Of a stretch of 64,000 nt of DNA, positions 12,263 through 24,654 are shown in pieces; the first letter of the stretch is position 1; the number at the start of each line of letters is the position of its first letter. The translations under genes and the position numbers were made by a program. This DNA comes from Rhina ancylostomus. Its lineage: Eukaryota. The notes under the pieces are model-generated. The model worked only from the letters and a program-made list of their open reading frames with translations, had not been told where the DNA came from and searched no databases. The stretch spans positions 98,772,773 through 98,836,772 of the forward strand of contig JARFYF010000084.1 in NCBI GenBank assembly GCA_030265395.1. Direction: 5' to 3'.

Positions 12263-13464
12263 GGGAGCCCGGGCTCTTCAGATGCTCGAACTCCTCACAA
12301 CTCGTCAATTGGTCTTTAATGGCAAAAGTAACAGAGCACGTCAGCAAAGGACACCGATCCAACCCAGGAGACATGTCACCAAAATACACCAATTACCCAT
12401 CCAAGCATCTACACAGCAAGAAACAAAAGGTACATTTGAAACGTTTGCACTTTTATCGATCGATCAGGTTGTTGTGTAACATTCAATAATTTGCACGGAT
12501 GATATTCGTCTCAAAGGACGCATGTGCAATAAATATAGGTTCATGATGCTCTTCATACAATTCTGCGATACTACCTGTACCATGCTGCACACAGAAATAT
12601 TTACATTCTGCTGCGTTTGATATAGATTTGTTTTTCCTGGTTGTTATTCACCATCACTACTGGATACTATCCCTAAATACTTGCGATATTTTAAGCAACA
12701 CAATGCCAAATTTACAAAATATAACTCTAATAAATTGCGCACTCATCAATGAGTTATTTCAAGCGTGATTGTAATATTGTAATGACAGCGACATGCTTGA
12801 GAAGCTCTTTCCAGGAAGCGCGACCTTCAGCTATCAAACTAATCTACAGAATTTTTTTGAAATAAACGAAACAATATCTGAAAATCCAATTGCAATCTAG
12901 AACAGTTAACACAAAGTGAGAAGCTCGCCATTCTTTCCCATGGTAGACATATTTTGTAATATCTTTTGGTGATCTGTAGCAAACAGTTTAACGAACACAG
13001 TCGCGTTTAAAGTATAATCACCACCTTCAGAATATCTTGTTCTTGTTTATCCAGTTTATCCATTTCGGATTTTTGGAAAGCAGAATAGCCAAAAATAGTT
13101 TTCTTCGCGACTCCAGTACCCTGGTTTTATTATTTTTCTATAATTGGCAATTTGCGTGATCAACCAAAGAATTATAAATATAGAACTAGGTAAATAAAAA
13201 GGACAGGAGATGTAATCAGCTTTACCTGTACAACGACAAAGAACTGATTGTTGTTACTGCAGTTCCATCCTTGTACGTGCACAGCGAACCAGTTAACAGA
13301 GGTGGTAAAACGAAATGTAGGGGACGATTGCCAGTTTGATGGAGGCACTTGGGTTCTGGCTGGAGTTGTCGCAAGCTCGCCGCTAGATGACTGGAAGCAA
13401 CAATAGAAAGGGATCGCTTTCAAACCTTTTGGTTTTGGCATCAGAGACACGGGGTTGCACTTAC

Positions 13465-13540
13465 GAGACGCAGGTTACGCCGTCGGAGAGTGACAGCTGC
13501 ATCTCGACGGACTGGTGAACGCACCAGGGAAGGGGTGGAC
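13465..13540 (-). other. slc6a3: Putative non-coding first exon of slc6a3
   Basis: CpG-rich segment ending in a GTAAGT donor (CTC|GTAAGTG at 13464), with TATAATAT just upstream (13561-13568). Mammalian SLC6A3 has a non-coding exon 1. The 5' end is a guess. Confidence 0.5.
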
Positions 13541-16329
13541 TTCCAATAAAACACAGATTAATATTATAACAACCCGAGGAAGCAGCTGAAAGCAACGCAA
13601 GACGCTGGAACCAAAAATTCGCCGCTACTCTATCTTCCCAGGAGGACAGCGTTTAATACGGATTAATTCCTTTCTTTAATGGGGATGATGCACCTTGGCA
13701 CCTCTTGAAGACCAGTCACCGTGCTCTTCAAGTCATTTTGGTGGCTGTGGGCTATGGTATGTCTAAAGTTACAGAATGCATTTATTGTTTAACGTATTGA
13801 GGAACGGGCAATGAAATGTTATCTCAAAAGAAATAAAGAATGCTTTAGGCAGTGAACATCACGAAAGGAAAACAGTATTTTGGAAATATTCAAGCAGCAT
13901 CCATAAAGACAAAGACGTCGGGCGTTTCAATCACAGCCCTTCAGAAATTAGAATAGTCCGTCATGTATTTAAAAAAAACATGATTATTCACCTAATCTGT
14001 TTTAGTTTACACAGATTACAGAACAATATTTTCATTTGTATCAATGCGTGATCTATTTAACGAAATCCTTACCATAATGCAAATCCAATTTGAAGTGAAC
14101 GAGGGTATTAGAGAAAGCTAATTCATTCATTAACCTACATCGAAGAGTGGATTCAAAACGGGAATAATGCATCGAAGAATCAATCCATTATATATCCGTA
14201 ACATTTAAAACTTTGACAGGTTTATTTTTTAGGCGGAATTCGGTTTTACCTTTGGTTGTTCGCTAAACACAAACGAAGAGAGGGCGTTTAAAATACTGAT
14301 CGACCTAAAACTCAGCTATAATTTCCAGCTGATTTTCGTTTACACTTAATATCAGCTAATTGATGTATACATTTTCAAGTGTGGCACCGCGCTTCAACTA
14401 TAATACTGCATTACCCACAATATTTAATGGTGTGATAATACTGCTGGGCGGGAAAACAACCCGTATAATTTGGATGGTGCACAGCAAAATGCAAAGCAAA
14501 TTTTACCTTAAATGATAACACTTAGTATTTTGAACGTTAAATTCAAACAACGTTATCAAGTATATTTGGAGATTGTATTTTAGGATATATTTTGTGATTT
14601 ATTGTAACCCACACTTTTGGAATTTCATATTACCACCCAAGAATCCTACTTGTTTTATCTTTTGTCCAATCCCTTTATCTCCATACTCGCACGAATCCAC
14701 ACATGATATCCTTTCATTTTGCTTATCATTTTTTTTTCGAAACTTCCACCAATCCATTTTTACAACGAATACATGTAATATTGAAAGAATTAAACCGTAA
14801 CTTCTCTTGTAAACCGTTAGGCAAAATGATGAATTGATATCAACTGTTGCTGTGACAAATACTTAACACAGGCGCGACTCAGCGATAACGCCCGAACAGA
14901 AGGGAAGCAAAACAGTGTTCGGGAAAGGGCTCAACTCGGCACGAAACAAACAGACTTCACTTCAAAAAAAAGGACATCCAACAATTAGTCCAAACACGAG
15001 CAGCGTTTTGGCTTATTTGTGCCTATACGATGAAGAAATCTTTAATTATGCAATTACAATGGCCTCTGCTGTATTGTTAGTTGGCATAGAATGCAACTGC
15101 AATGATGGAGGAAATAATCCTTCAGATATTCACTATCATTTTACATATAAATAATCTAACTATTGGCGTGAACTTCAATCTGTTACTGTTGGATGATGTC
15201 AGACTCTGGCTGGAGTGTAGCTAATGTAAGAATTCTAACTGGGCCTCTCAGGGTTAAATATTCTGTCCATCCTTGCAATGCCAGAGGGATGAAAACAGGG
15301 TCTTTAGTGAAGAGGGCTTCAGTTAGCGTCTGATAAATCTACCCATTATTAGTGAAACTGGAGCCTCGTTCCGGGTGAAATATATCAAGAGAGGAGGAGA
15401 AGATTGAAGGAGCTCTTCCAGTGGGAGGAGGGATGGGGTTGATATCCATCCGAGCCAACTGATCACAGGTGATATTTCCAAGGATGTTAATGGTGGGAAA
15501 GGGATGATGGAGAAAGGGGAGTTGGCGGGTATGTCACGTGTCCCAATAAGGCTGAAGGTTCATTCCAGCAATCTGTGTTTCACTGGCTGAGTTTAACGCA
15601 AGAGTTTGTATTGAATGTGAGGAGCATTCCTGATGGTTCTCCACAGCATCTAACCTTCCACTACAGGAACAGGATTACTTCAACAAATGACATCTAATTT
15701 TCTCTATTTAAATCAGTTGAGACACTTGAGTTTGTTAAAGAGGAATTGCATGCAGGAGAGGGGGCTGGACCGGAGTGGTACAATTAATAGTCCGAGATTC
15801 CATATTCCAGGGCAGATTAAATTTAATAGCATAACTTTAATACAAATTAAGACACTTCCTTGGGATTCTGATCATTTGTCAGAAATATTAGAATTGATTG
15901 AGGGATGATTGTCGGACAGCACAGCAACAGAATTATTCATAACTTTACACTTGCAATGGTGCTCACTGGAAATCTGCCTTTGGACAATGCTAAAAAAGTT
16001 ATGGTTCGCATTAGATTGTATTTTCCTTCTCAAGGACAGGTAGGAATAGTCAATAAATATTGCTAGTGATATATCAATGTTCCAATTAATGCATTAATAG
16101 CAGAACAGTGAAAATGCTATGACAAGTTCAAAGGAGTACAAGAGATCACACATGTCACAAATAACCCTAAANNNNNNNNNNNNNNNNNNNNNNNNNNNNN
16201 NNNNNNNNNNNNNNNNNNNNNNNNNNNNNNNNNNNNNNNNNNNNNNNNNNNNNNNNNNNNNNNNNNNNNNNATTGTATGTTATAAGTCAGATGGATGTGT
16301 AAGTGCTGGGCACATTACCTAGGCTTACT

Positions 16330-16622
16330 CTCCAGTGGAACACTATAGTTTGATCTGACAGAGGGGCTCTATTCTAAATGGAATTCCAAACAAATCATGT
16401 CTGCTTTCTCAGGTAGCTGGCAAAGATCCTTTGGCACTATTACAGTGGAGTGTATGATAGCTTTTCCGAATCACCCTGGCTAGTATTTATCCCTCAATCC
16501 ACAAAAGTAATTATGGTCATTGATACATTGTATGAGCTTGCTGTGCACAAATTGGCTACCACAGTTCATGCATTAGCAACTGTCAAAAGAAATTAATTGA
16601 CCTGAAGTGCTTTTTGGTCCTG
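16330..16622 (+). mobile_element. Deu-domain SINE (SacSINE1/AmnSINE1-like), degenerate
   Basis: CTCAGGTAG..AAAGATCC..TGGCACTATT ... TATTTATCCCTCAA ... TTGCTGTGCACAAATTGGCT blocks recognised as the Deu domain. Confidence 0.65.
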
Positions 16623-16699
16623 TTTTTCTTTCTCCACAGATACTGTCCAACTTGCCGAGAATGTTCAGCAATTTTGTCTTTTACTTGATTAATTCCCAA

Positions 16700-17115
16700 C
16701 ACGAGTGTAGTGTCCTTTTAGGTGAGACTGAACAGGAGAATGTATGGTGATCAATGAAATATACAACACTGAGTAGATCTGAGGGAGTAACTTCTTAAAG
16801 CCTGTTCCCTAGCTTGCAGTGCCCAGAACATAAGGGGAATATTCTCAACAAGCTGGCCATTTAGAACTGACATAATTGTATATTATGTCTAAATACAGAA
16901 TACACTGTATTTTGAATCTTTGCGACTTACATCCACAGGCCTCTGGAGAACAATGTTAAGCATACATAAAACTGATACAATCAATTTTGGGGGCTCAAGT
17001 GGTATCAAGTGATTGAATGCAAAATTGACTTAGAGGTCAGGTATAATTATCTTATTGAAAAGTGTGGTAGGCTCAAGCAGTAGGATGACTTGCACCTGTA
17101 ATTTGTAATGTTATG
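16700..17115 (+). mobile_element. Very old CR1 3' fragment
   Basis: Degenerate ORF2 end and tail (...GGTAGGCTCAAG...ATGACTTGCACCTG). Confidence 0.45.
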
Positions 17116-17429
17116 CAAGTCTACATAGTTTAACATTGAAAAAGATACCAAGGAAGTAGGATTATTTAATTGTTTCTTCCAGGACACAACTTAATTTACA
17201 TGGTCCAATTGCAACCAAATGCTTTTCTTTCAAAAAGGAAAACTCCTTGATTTAGAATCAATTATGTAATATCCTTAGGTGTTCATTTAAAACTGTTTCA
17301 GAAGATTTGAGTAATATAGCATTTTCTATATTAATTTTGTTTAACATTGCAATTTAAATGACTGTTTTCCTTGAGGTTTGAGTTCTGTGTTTATGGGGAT
17401 ATGTACCTACATCACAGAATAAAAGTTAC

Positions 17430-17752
17430 CTCAGAACATTAGAATGGGTATAGCCTATTCAGCTTCAGGTGCTTTTTCCATAGTTCAAGAGATCGTGGCT
17501 GATCCAAATGCCAACTTCATCAACCTTCCTTGACTTCCTCTCAAGACTCTTGGCTAGTCAAAATTTTTCTGCATCTGATTTAAAATTATTAATTGAGCTA
17601 CGATCAATGAGAATTTGTGGAAGAGTTTGCAACACTTCTACTAGCATTTACATCAAGTAGATTTCTTTACCATCTTGTATGGCCCTGCCTTGATTTTAGG
17701 GCTTGTCCCCTTATTCTGGACTTCCCCACTGGTGGAACACGTTTCTCTCCAT
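17430..17752 (-). mobile_element. CR1 3' fragment
   Basis: Reverse-complement CR1 tail, interrupted by the Rex1 element. Confidence 0.55.
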
Positions 17753-17764
17753 CAGACCAAACAA

Positions 17765-19130
17765 CTATTATTTTTAACCTCTCTCTGCTTCAATCTGAGG
17801 TTCCCACCTGCTTTATCACTATCATCCTGGTACCTAAGAAAAACAAGGTGCCTTAATGACTCTGACAGCCACCATCATGAAGTGCTTCGAGAAGCTGGTT
17901 ATGGCACACATTACCTCCAGCCTCCCAGACAACCTCAACCCACTGCAATTCACCTGCCACCAAAACAGGTCTATGGCAGAGGCCATCACCCTGGCCCTAC
18001 ACTCATCTCTGGAGCGTCTGGACATTAAGGGCACCTACGTTAGACTACTGTTTATTGACTACAGCTCCACCTTCAATACACAAGCAATCTCCAAACTTCA
18101 AGACCTGGGACTCAGCACCTCCCTTTGCACCTCCCAAATGGATCCTTGACTTCCTGACCAACAGACCGCAATCAGTAAGGATAGACAGCAACATCTCCAC
18201 CACGATTATTCTCAGCACTGGTGTGCCATAAGGCTGCGCCCTCAGCTCTTTACTCCCTGTGTACTCACGACTGCATGGACACATTCTGCTCTAACTCCAT
18301 CTAGAAGTTTGCAGATGACACCACCATAGTGGGCCGTATCTCAAATAATGATAAGTTGGAGTACAGGAAGGAGATAGAGAGCTTAGTGACAAGGTGTCAT
18401 GACACAATGTTAGCAAAACAAAAGAACTGGTCATTGACTTCAGTAAGGGGGGTAGTGCACACGCTCCTGTTTACATCAATAGTGCTGAAGTTGAGAGGGT
18501 TGATAGCTTCAAGTTCCTAGGAGTGAACATCACCAATAGCCTGTCCTGGTTCAACCACGTAGACACGATGGCCAAGAAAGCTCACCAACACCTCTACTTC
18601 CTCAGGACGCTAAAGAAATTTGGCACGTCCCCTTTGTCCCTCACCAATTTTTATTGATGCACCCTAGAAAAAGTATCCTATCTGGGTGCATCATAGCTTG
18701 ATATGGCAACTGCTCTGCCTGTGACTGCAAGAAACTGCAGAGGATTGTGGACACAGCTCAGCACATCATGGAAACCAGCCTTCCCTCCATGGATTCTGTC
18801 TACACTTCTTGCTGCCTCGGTAAAGCAGTCAGCATAATCAAAGACCCCACCCACCCTGGACATTGTCTCTTCTACCCACTTCCATTAGGCAGAAGTTATG
18901 AAAACTTGAAAGCATGTACCACCACGCTCAAGGATAGCTTCTATCCTGCTGTTATAAGACCATTAAACTATTCCCTAGTACGATAAGATGGAATCTTGAC
19001 CTCACAGTCTACCTCGTTATGACCTTGCACCTTATTGACTACCTGCACTGCACTCTCTCTGTAACTGTTGTATATTATTCTGCATTCCGTTATTGCTTTA
19101 CCTTGTACTACCTTGATGTACTTGGACATC
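17765..19130 (+). mobile_element. Rex1/Babar LINE, 5'-truncated, frameshifted RT
   Basis: [13 protein letters not shown]...LQF....NRS...[26 protein letters not shown]; KFADDTT.VG.I; ...LKDSFYP.VIR.LN followed by the 3' UTR. Confidence 0.9.
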
Positions 19131-19417
19131 CTCCATGGCATCAGTTACATTTACAAAGACAAACTAATACCAGTTTTAATGACAAAAATTAATGCAATTA
19201 TGGTACTTTGCTCTTTCCCTTAATCCTACTTGCAATACCCTTACATAAATTCCATTTAAATTACTGGATGTTTTCTGCTTCCTGCTTTGTTTGCAAGCAT
19301 TCTTCAATCTGATTGGTTGAACAAGTAGAAAATAGAAAAAGATAAAAATCCTGCAGATTTTATGGATTTTGGAATGGGATTAAAAGCACTACAGTAATAA
19401 TCTCTACATTGCGCCTG

Positions 19418-19461
19418 CATCCCCCCCTCCCCAACTCTCATCCCCCCCTCCCCAACTCTCA
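19418..19461. repeat. 21-bp tandem duplication, C-rich (G-quadruplex-capable on minus strand)
   Basis: CATCCCCCCCTCCCCAACTCT x2. Confidence 0.85.
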
Positions 19462-21644
19462 CACCCATTGAAAAATTGAATTTCTTGGGTTATTGAGATT
19501 GGTTCTGAATTAGGAGCGACTTGCTGGTACAAATTTTGGATAGATTATATCCAAAGATCGGATTTTCAACCCTCAATTGGAAATTCATATACAGTATACT
19601 GGAGGGAATAATATAACTTGGTTGAAACATTTCTGGTAGAATTGGTAGTGGGACCACGGGTTGCTGCAGGAAAATGTCTCTTGTNNNNNNNNNNCTGCAT
19701 ATTGCTGACCCCAAAACATTGCTATCTCAAGTTTTTGTTTGCAGTAATTTAATTCTTCATATGGTAGACGTGCTTCAGGTTGATATTAGTATTCAAGTTG
19801 CTCTCGGATTAATTTTGTTTATATCTTTAGTTTTCATATCTTTTGTTTATAGTCTGTTTATATCTTTAGTTTTTTCTTTACAACATTCAAAAGCAAATGC
19901 TGGCAATCTGAAATAAAAATGAAGTGAGATCTCTCCATAGACATGCTAAGTATTTCAGGACCATTTTTAGTTAATATTCATGCATATCATTATGCAATAC
20001 TAATCAGATATCTTTAATGTTGGTATCTTAATTTTATCCAATTACTCTGAACATTTGGGTGTATACCATTGTTCCTTGGATTATACATGGCAGCTGCTTG
20101 CTCATTTTGCAGATTCAACTNNNNNNNNNNNNNNNNNNNNNNNNNNNNNNNNNNNNNNNNNNNNNNNNNNNNNNNNNNNNNNNNNNNNNNNNNNNNNNNN
20201 NNNNNNNNNNNNNNNNNNNNCTTGCTCATTTTGCAGATTCAACTTTGCTGTTGCTCTATCAGATATTCCAACCATAGTTGTTCTCATCTGATTCAACTGA
20301 TAAATCAAATTCCAATGATTAATACCCAGTCAGGCACTCATAGCTGAATCACTGTTAATTGCCAATGCCTGACTGATCTTCTATGGTAGAAAAGCAAGTA
20401 GGTTTTTAGATGGATAAAACACTTTTGTACCAATCATCCACTACTTACCAGTGATTTCCTAATCCAAATCCAGTTTTAAGGCAACACACTGATTGATCAT
20501 TTCCTGCAGCGTTTATTGGCATGGATCTCTAGAAAATAGTTATGTTAAATATTTCATTCTACTTGTTCATACCATCAGTTAGAAATTTGATTCTTAGTCT
20601 TAACATGAAAACAGTGACAATGGAAGTTTCAACCAGATCACCCCTTCCTAAAAGTTTCCCCCAACAATCTTACTACCTCATACAATTTCTTGCCCCAGAT
20701 TTTTAAGTCAGTATGCCATATAGAGATCCAGTTCAATGAAACACAGAAACCATATGCATCTATCTGGCAACTCTCCTTCTCATAAACTCACCCAAACATT
20801 CATCCCTCAAATCCACTGGATAGAATTTCCTCTCAACAACACCCCTCCCCACCCGAAGTCAACTCCCTCATCCTCCAGTTCAAGGCAGTATGTAATCTTC
20901 AAGCTATAGCTCATCTCCATGTTCAACCTTTCTTATTAACACCTCTCACCAAAAATGCAGCTTGCAATGCTTTGCATTCTCTCCATAGTTCTCACTCCTC
21001 TTTGGGCACATTGGATGATTCCAAAATAGCCAAGACCTACAACAGAGCACTTTCCTGCTCCTAGATAGATTAATGCTAGTTGCACATCTTTTGTGCCTCA
21101 CAGACTCAACCAAGTTCAGAAGATGCAGATAATTCCTGGATTGGATATTAAAGTTATGACTAATATATAGGGCTTTATATTTTAAAAAAACTTTGATTCA
21201 AAGGCACATTCAGGATTCAACTTTTGTTGAAAGTTTGATGGGCTGAACAGCACACAACTGCTTCTTCTTCCATTTTTTAAATCTCACTTTAGGATTGTCA
21301 ATATGTTATTTTTGTTCAGCTTCTAATGTTTGATGTTGCCCCCCTTTTATTCTCAGGCATCTCCTGTAGGTTTCCAACTGTTTGGGCAATTGCTGGTTGC
21401 TGTAGTTTGTGGCACTGTACATTAGACAACACAAAAGGTATCTTTCCATTGAAAAGAGCCTTGGAGCAGACAGCCAAAAAATCAGAATCACCGTCTCTTA
21501 AGGCAAGTGCAAATTGGGGTTCTTCCTCATTCAACGTTAGCTGTCCATAACGGTTGTTCTGTCTCACCTTACAAAAGTGACATGACTTTTATTTTAATAG
21601 GGATTAAAATAATCACTTAGTGATTAAAATAATCACTTTTAATA

Positions 21645-21840
21645 GTGAGTGATTAATCTGTGGAATGCACTGCCAGGGTTAGTTGTGAAGGTAGATCCAA
21701 TTGCAATGTTTAAAAAGGATAAAATCTTAAAAAGAATTTGCAGGGCTGTGGGGAGAGAACAATGTTGTGTGAGCAGCCAAATTTTTCTTACATTGTGCTG
21801 GAACAGAGTGGACTGAATGACTTCCTTTAGTGCTGTAAAC
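21645..21840 (+). mobile_element. CR1 3' fragment
   Basis: GTGATTAATCTGTGGAATGCACTGCC (V..LWNALP) plus tail. Confidence 0.65.
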
Positions 21841-22127
21841 AATTGGAACAGTTTCAGTCTTGCTCCTATGTACAGGTTTAAGAAAAATTAATTGCTTAAT
21901 CTTAGGCAAGAATACATATCCAGTTTATGTTTTACCACAGGGCAGAATGCTTGTATGCTCCAGGACAAACTTCATGGGACTAGTTCATTTGCTTTACATG
22001 CTTTCAGAGAGGATAATGTAGGGGCAAAATGAGATGGGAGCACGCATTTACAAAAAAACATTTGATTATTTCATTCTGCACTCATTAACTCAACAGTAGA
22101 AAAACCACCAGGCCACTTTTTGATCCA

Positions 22128-22133
22128 TTTATT
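22128..22133 (-). terminator. Candidate lpcat1 polyadenylation signal
   Basis: AATAAA on the minus strand with a downstream GU-rich element about 20 nt later. Confidence 0.5.
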
Positions 22134-24446
22134 CTGGACTCACAGACAAATCAAATAATTTCACCGTGAAACACAAAATCCAATGCAAGTTTGAGCAGTA
22201 ATCCCTTTATGTACAAGTTAAACTTAGGGAAAAAAAGTCAGTTATTGCAACAGATTTCTATATATAATCCATTATGAAGCATTAACCAAGTAACAAGTCA
22301 ACTTTTTGTTCAAGGTGAATACAAAATACAGCAGTAAACAGGTAGTTAAAAAAATAAGCAGCCTTCTGCACAATTTCATGGATCCTTTCGAAGACAACCA
22401 AGAACACAGGACAGCGTGCCTACTGAGGTATTTTTCTCAAAAAAAATACACTTTAAAGATTGCAAACTCAATAATGAACCAAGTCTGATAATGGAGTTAC
22501 ATGATTAAAAATATTACTTTTCATATTGTATTATTTCAGAGTATGCAAATACTTAATCCATAATTAAGATGCAGCAACCAGAGATGGTTACATGATTCAA
22601 TGTTAGCTAAGTTATTTCGAAAAAATAAATTACCTCCCACAAACCTATGATCACAAGTTTAATCATGATAGGCTGTTGACTGTAAATCCTAACTTTTTCA
22701 TGCCAACAAGTAATGTCTAATCGTCACAGGATTTTTTTTTTTGAACATCACTTCTCTACATTACTAATGTTCATTCACACAGCAGTGAAACTGTACAGTT
22801 CTCAGGTTTAAAATCATGTGACCATCAACCTTCACTGAAGTTTATAAAAGGGAAATTGGAGATTCAGTTGGATATACATACAAAATAATATTGAAAAATC
22901 CTCAGAAAAAGTACATTACCTTTCAAAGCACAATAAACTTTGCAAATTCATGGTTCATCTGGAATTGTCCACATTTTGACAAATCAAAACCCTTCCCATT
23001 GCATTGTAATCCTCATTGAGGTTCATTACATATAGATCTAGATTGTATGTTTTCAAAATGTCAAACTTGATTGTGAAAGGAATCTCAGCTCAACATCAAA
23101 TGTATACAGTACCAAGGTTCAAAAATGTTGGTTTGCTTCACCATCATTCAAAGGATTCATCTGCATATAACATTAAAAATTAAATAATTCTGAAATCACT
23201 ATTTGATAAATGTGGCAGTGCCAGTGTATATTTTCAGTAGGATTCTACATTAATTTTACTCATAGTACACACAATTGCCTCCTTCTACCCTCTTCAGGTC
23301 AGTTCAACCATTTTCCTGATTCTGACAAAACGTGTATTAATACTGCAGGATGCTCATCAATAAATGTTTCATATCATCCACCATCAATTCACAAAAAGAT
23401 GTGCTACAGTATTAACTATCAAAAGTGAGGCAACTACCTTTGACTTGTTACTCTGTGACTCTCCCAAGAATAAAAATTAATAATCTCTTAATATGTTTCA
23501 ATACTTTTCTCAGTAACTGGTTTTACTCAGCACCAATCTACTCTAGTTAATATTGAATTATGGGAACTTAGACTGAAAGATGACAGATTGAGCAATAAAT
23601 GGCCCATTCATTAACTTGAAGTGATGTTTGTGATTATACACAATCAATTGGCCAGATGGGATAGAAATTATAATATTTTTGAGGACAACAGATTTAAACA
23701 TCCTAAAACACAATGTAGTAATATTTCTCATTTGTAGAGATCCCCTTGAATAAAATTCACGTACATTGGACTGGGGAGCTTAGAAAAAGGTGGCCGTTTA
23801 CAGGCATTTATTTTACATTGAAAATAATGGGAGTAGATGATTAAAATGCATCCTACATGGAGCAAAATGCAGTCTTCTTGAACTTTCACCACAAACAAAA
23901 TTAAAGCAAATTTCAATTTTCATTGCAACCTGAAAACTTGGCACCAAATACTTGACAAACATGAGAAAAAAATACTACAAAATACCTTTAAAATGGGAAA
24001 AGTTCCGTTTCTCCCTTGGTTGAAATAATTTGCTTTCTATATAAAAAAAAACTCTTCCCCCTTTCTCTTGCATCTCCAGAAGGTAAAACAAGAACTGGTT
24101 TAATTTGTATTAACTGAGTCCATTGTATAACTCTGACTGCTTGTGGCAAGGTTTTACCACCGCAGTTCATAGAGGGCCAAGATTGTGCAATACAGACCTG
24201 GCTACTGTATTCAGCTACATCAGCGAATTGCTTTCCTGAGAACGATTTCATGTCAGATGCAAATTATTTGTTCCACATCTTTGTTAAAATAGCTATTCTG
24301 AGGACATCCAATCCTCAGAGCACATCAATATACCATGATATCTTGCAAATTGAATTTATTTTAAAGAATCTAATCTGCTTCTCATGTGACATCACAAAAC
24401 AGGGAAATACTGCCGTGCATTTCCGTACAGCAGAATTAGAACAAAG

Positions 24447-24654
24447 ACAAAACGTTGGAAAAATTCAGCAGGTCAAAGCAACATCAGTGGAGACAAACAG
24501 TGCAAGATGATATTTCAGGACTGACGCAGGGTCTTGACCCGAAATGTCGTTTACACCTATTGCCTTGCCTTCACAGATGCTGACTGACCTGCTGAATTCT
24601 TTCAGCATTCTGCTTTTGGTCTAGATTCCAACGCTGATGGTCTCATTTGTCTAC
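24447..24654. mobile_element. Fold-back Penelope pLTR-derived insertion in the putative lpcat1 3' UTR
   Basis: Opposite-orientation pLTR ends; CTGACGC AGGGTC-TT-GACCC GAAATGTC at 24521-24548; possible TSD AGAACAAAG (24438-24446) / AGAACGAAG (24655-24663). Confidence 0.7.

Noticed and set aside
12009-12479. 156-aa plus-strand ORF antisense to the slc6a3 first coding exon
   Set aside because: Shadow of the GC-rich coding exon; non-ATG start and no recognisable homology.
20097-20244. Direct repeat CTTGCTCATTTTGCAGATTCAACT on both sides of a 100-N gap
   Set aside because: Typical unmerged contig overlap; an assembly artefact rather than a biological repeat.
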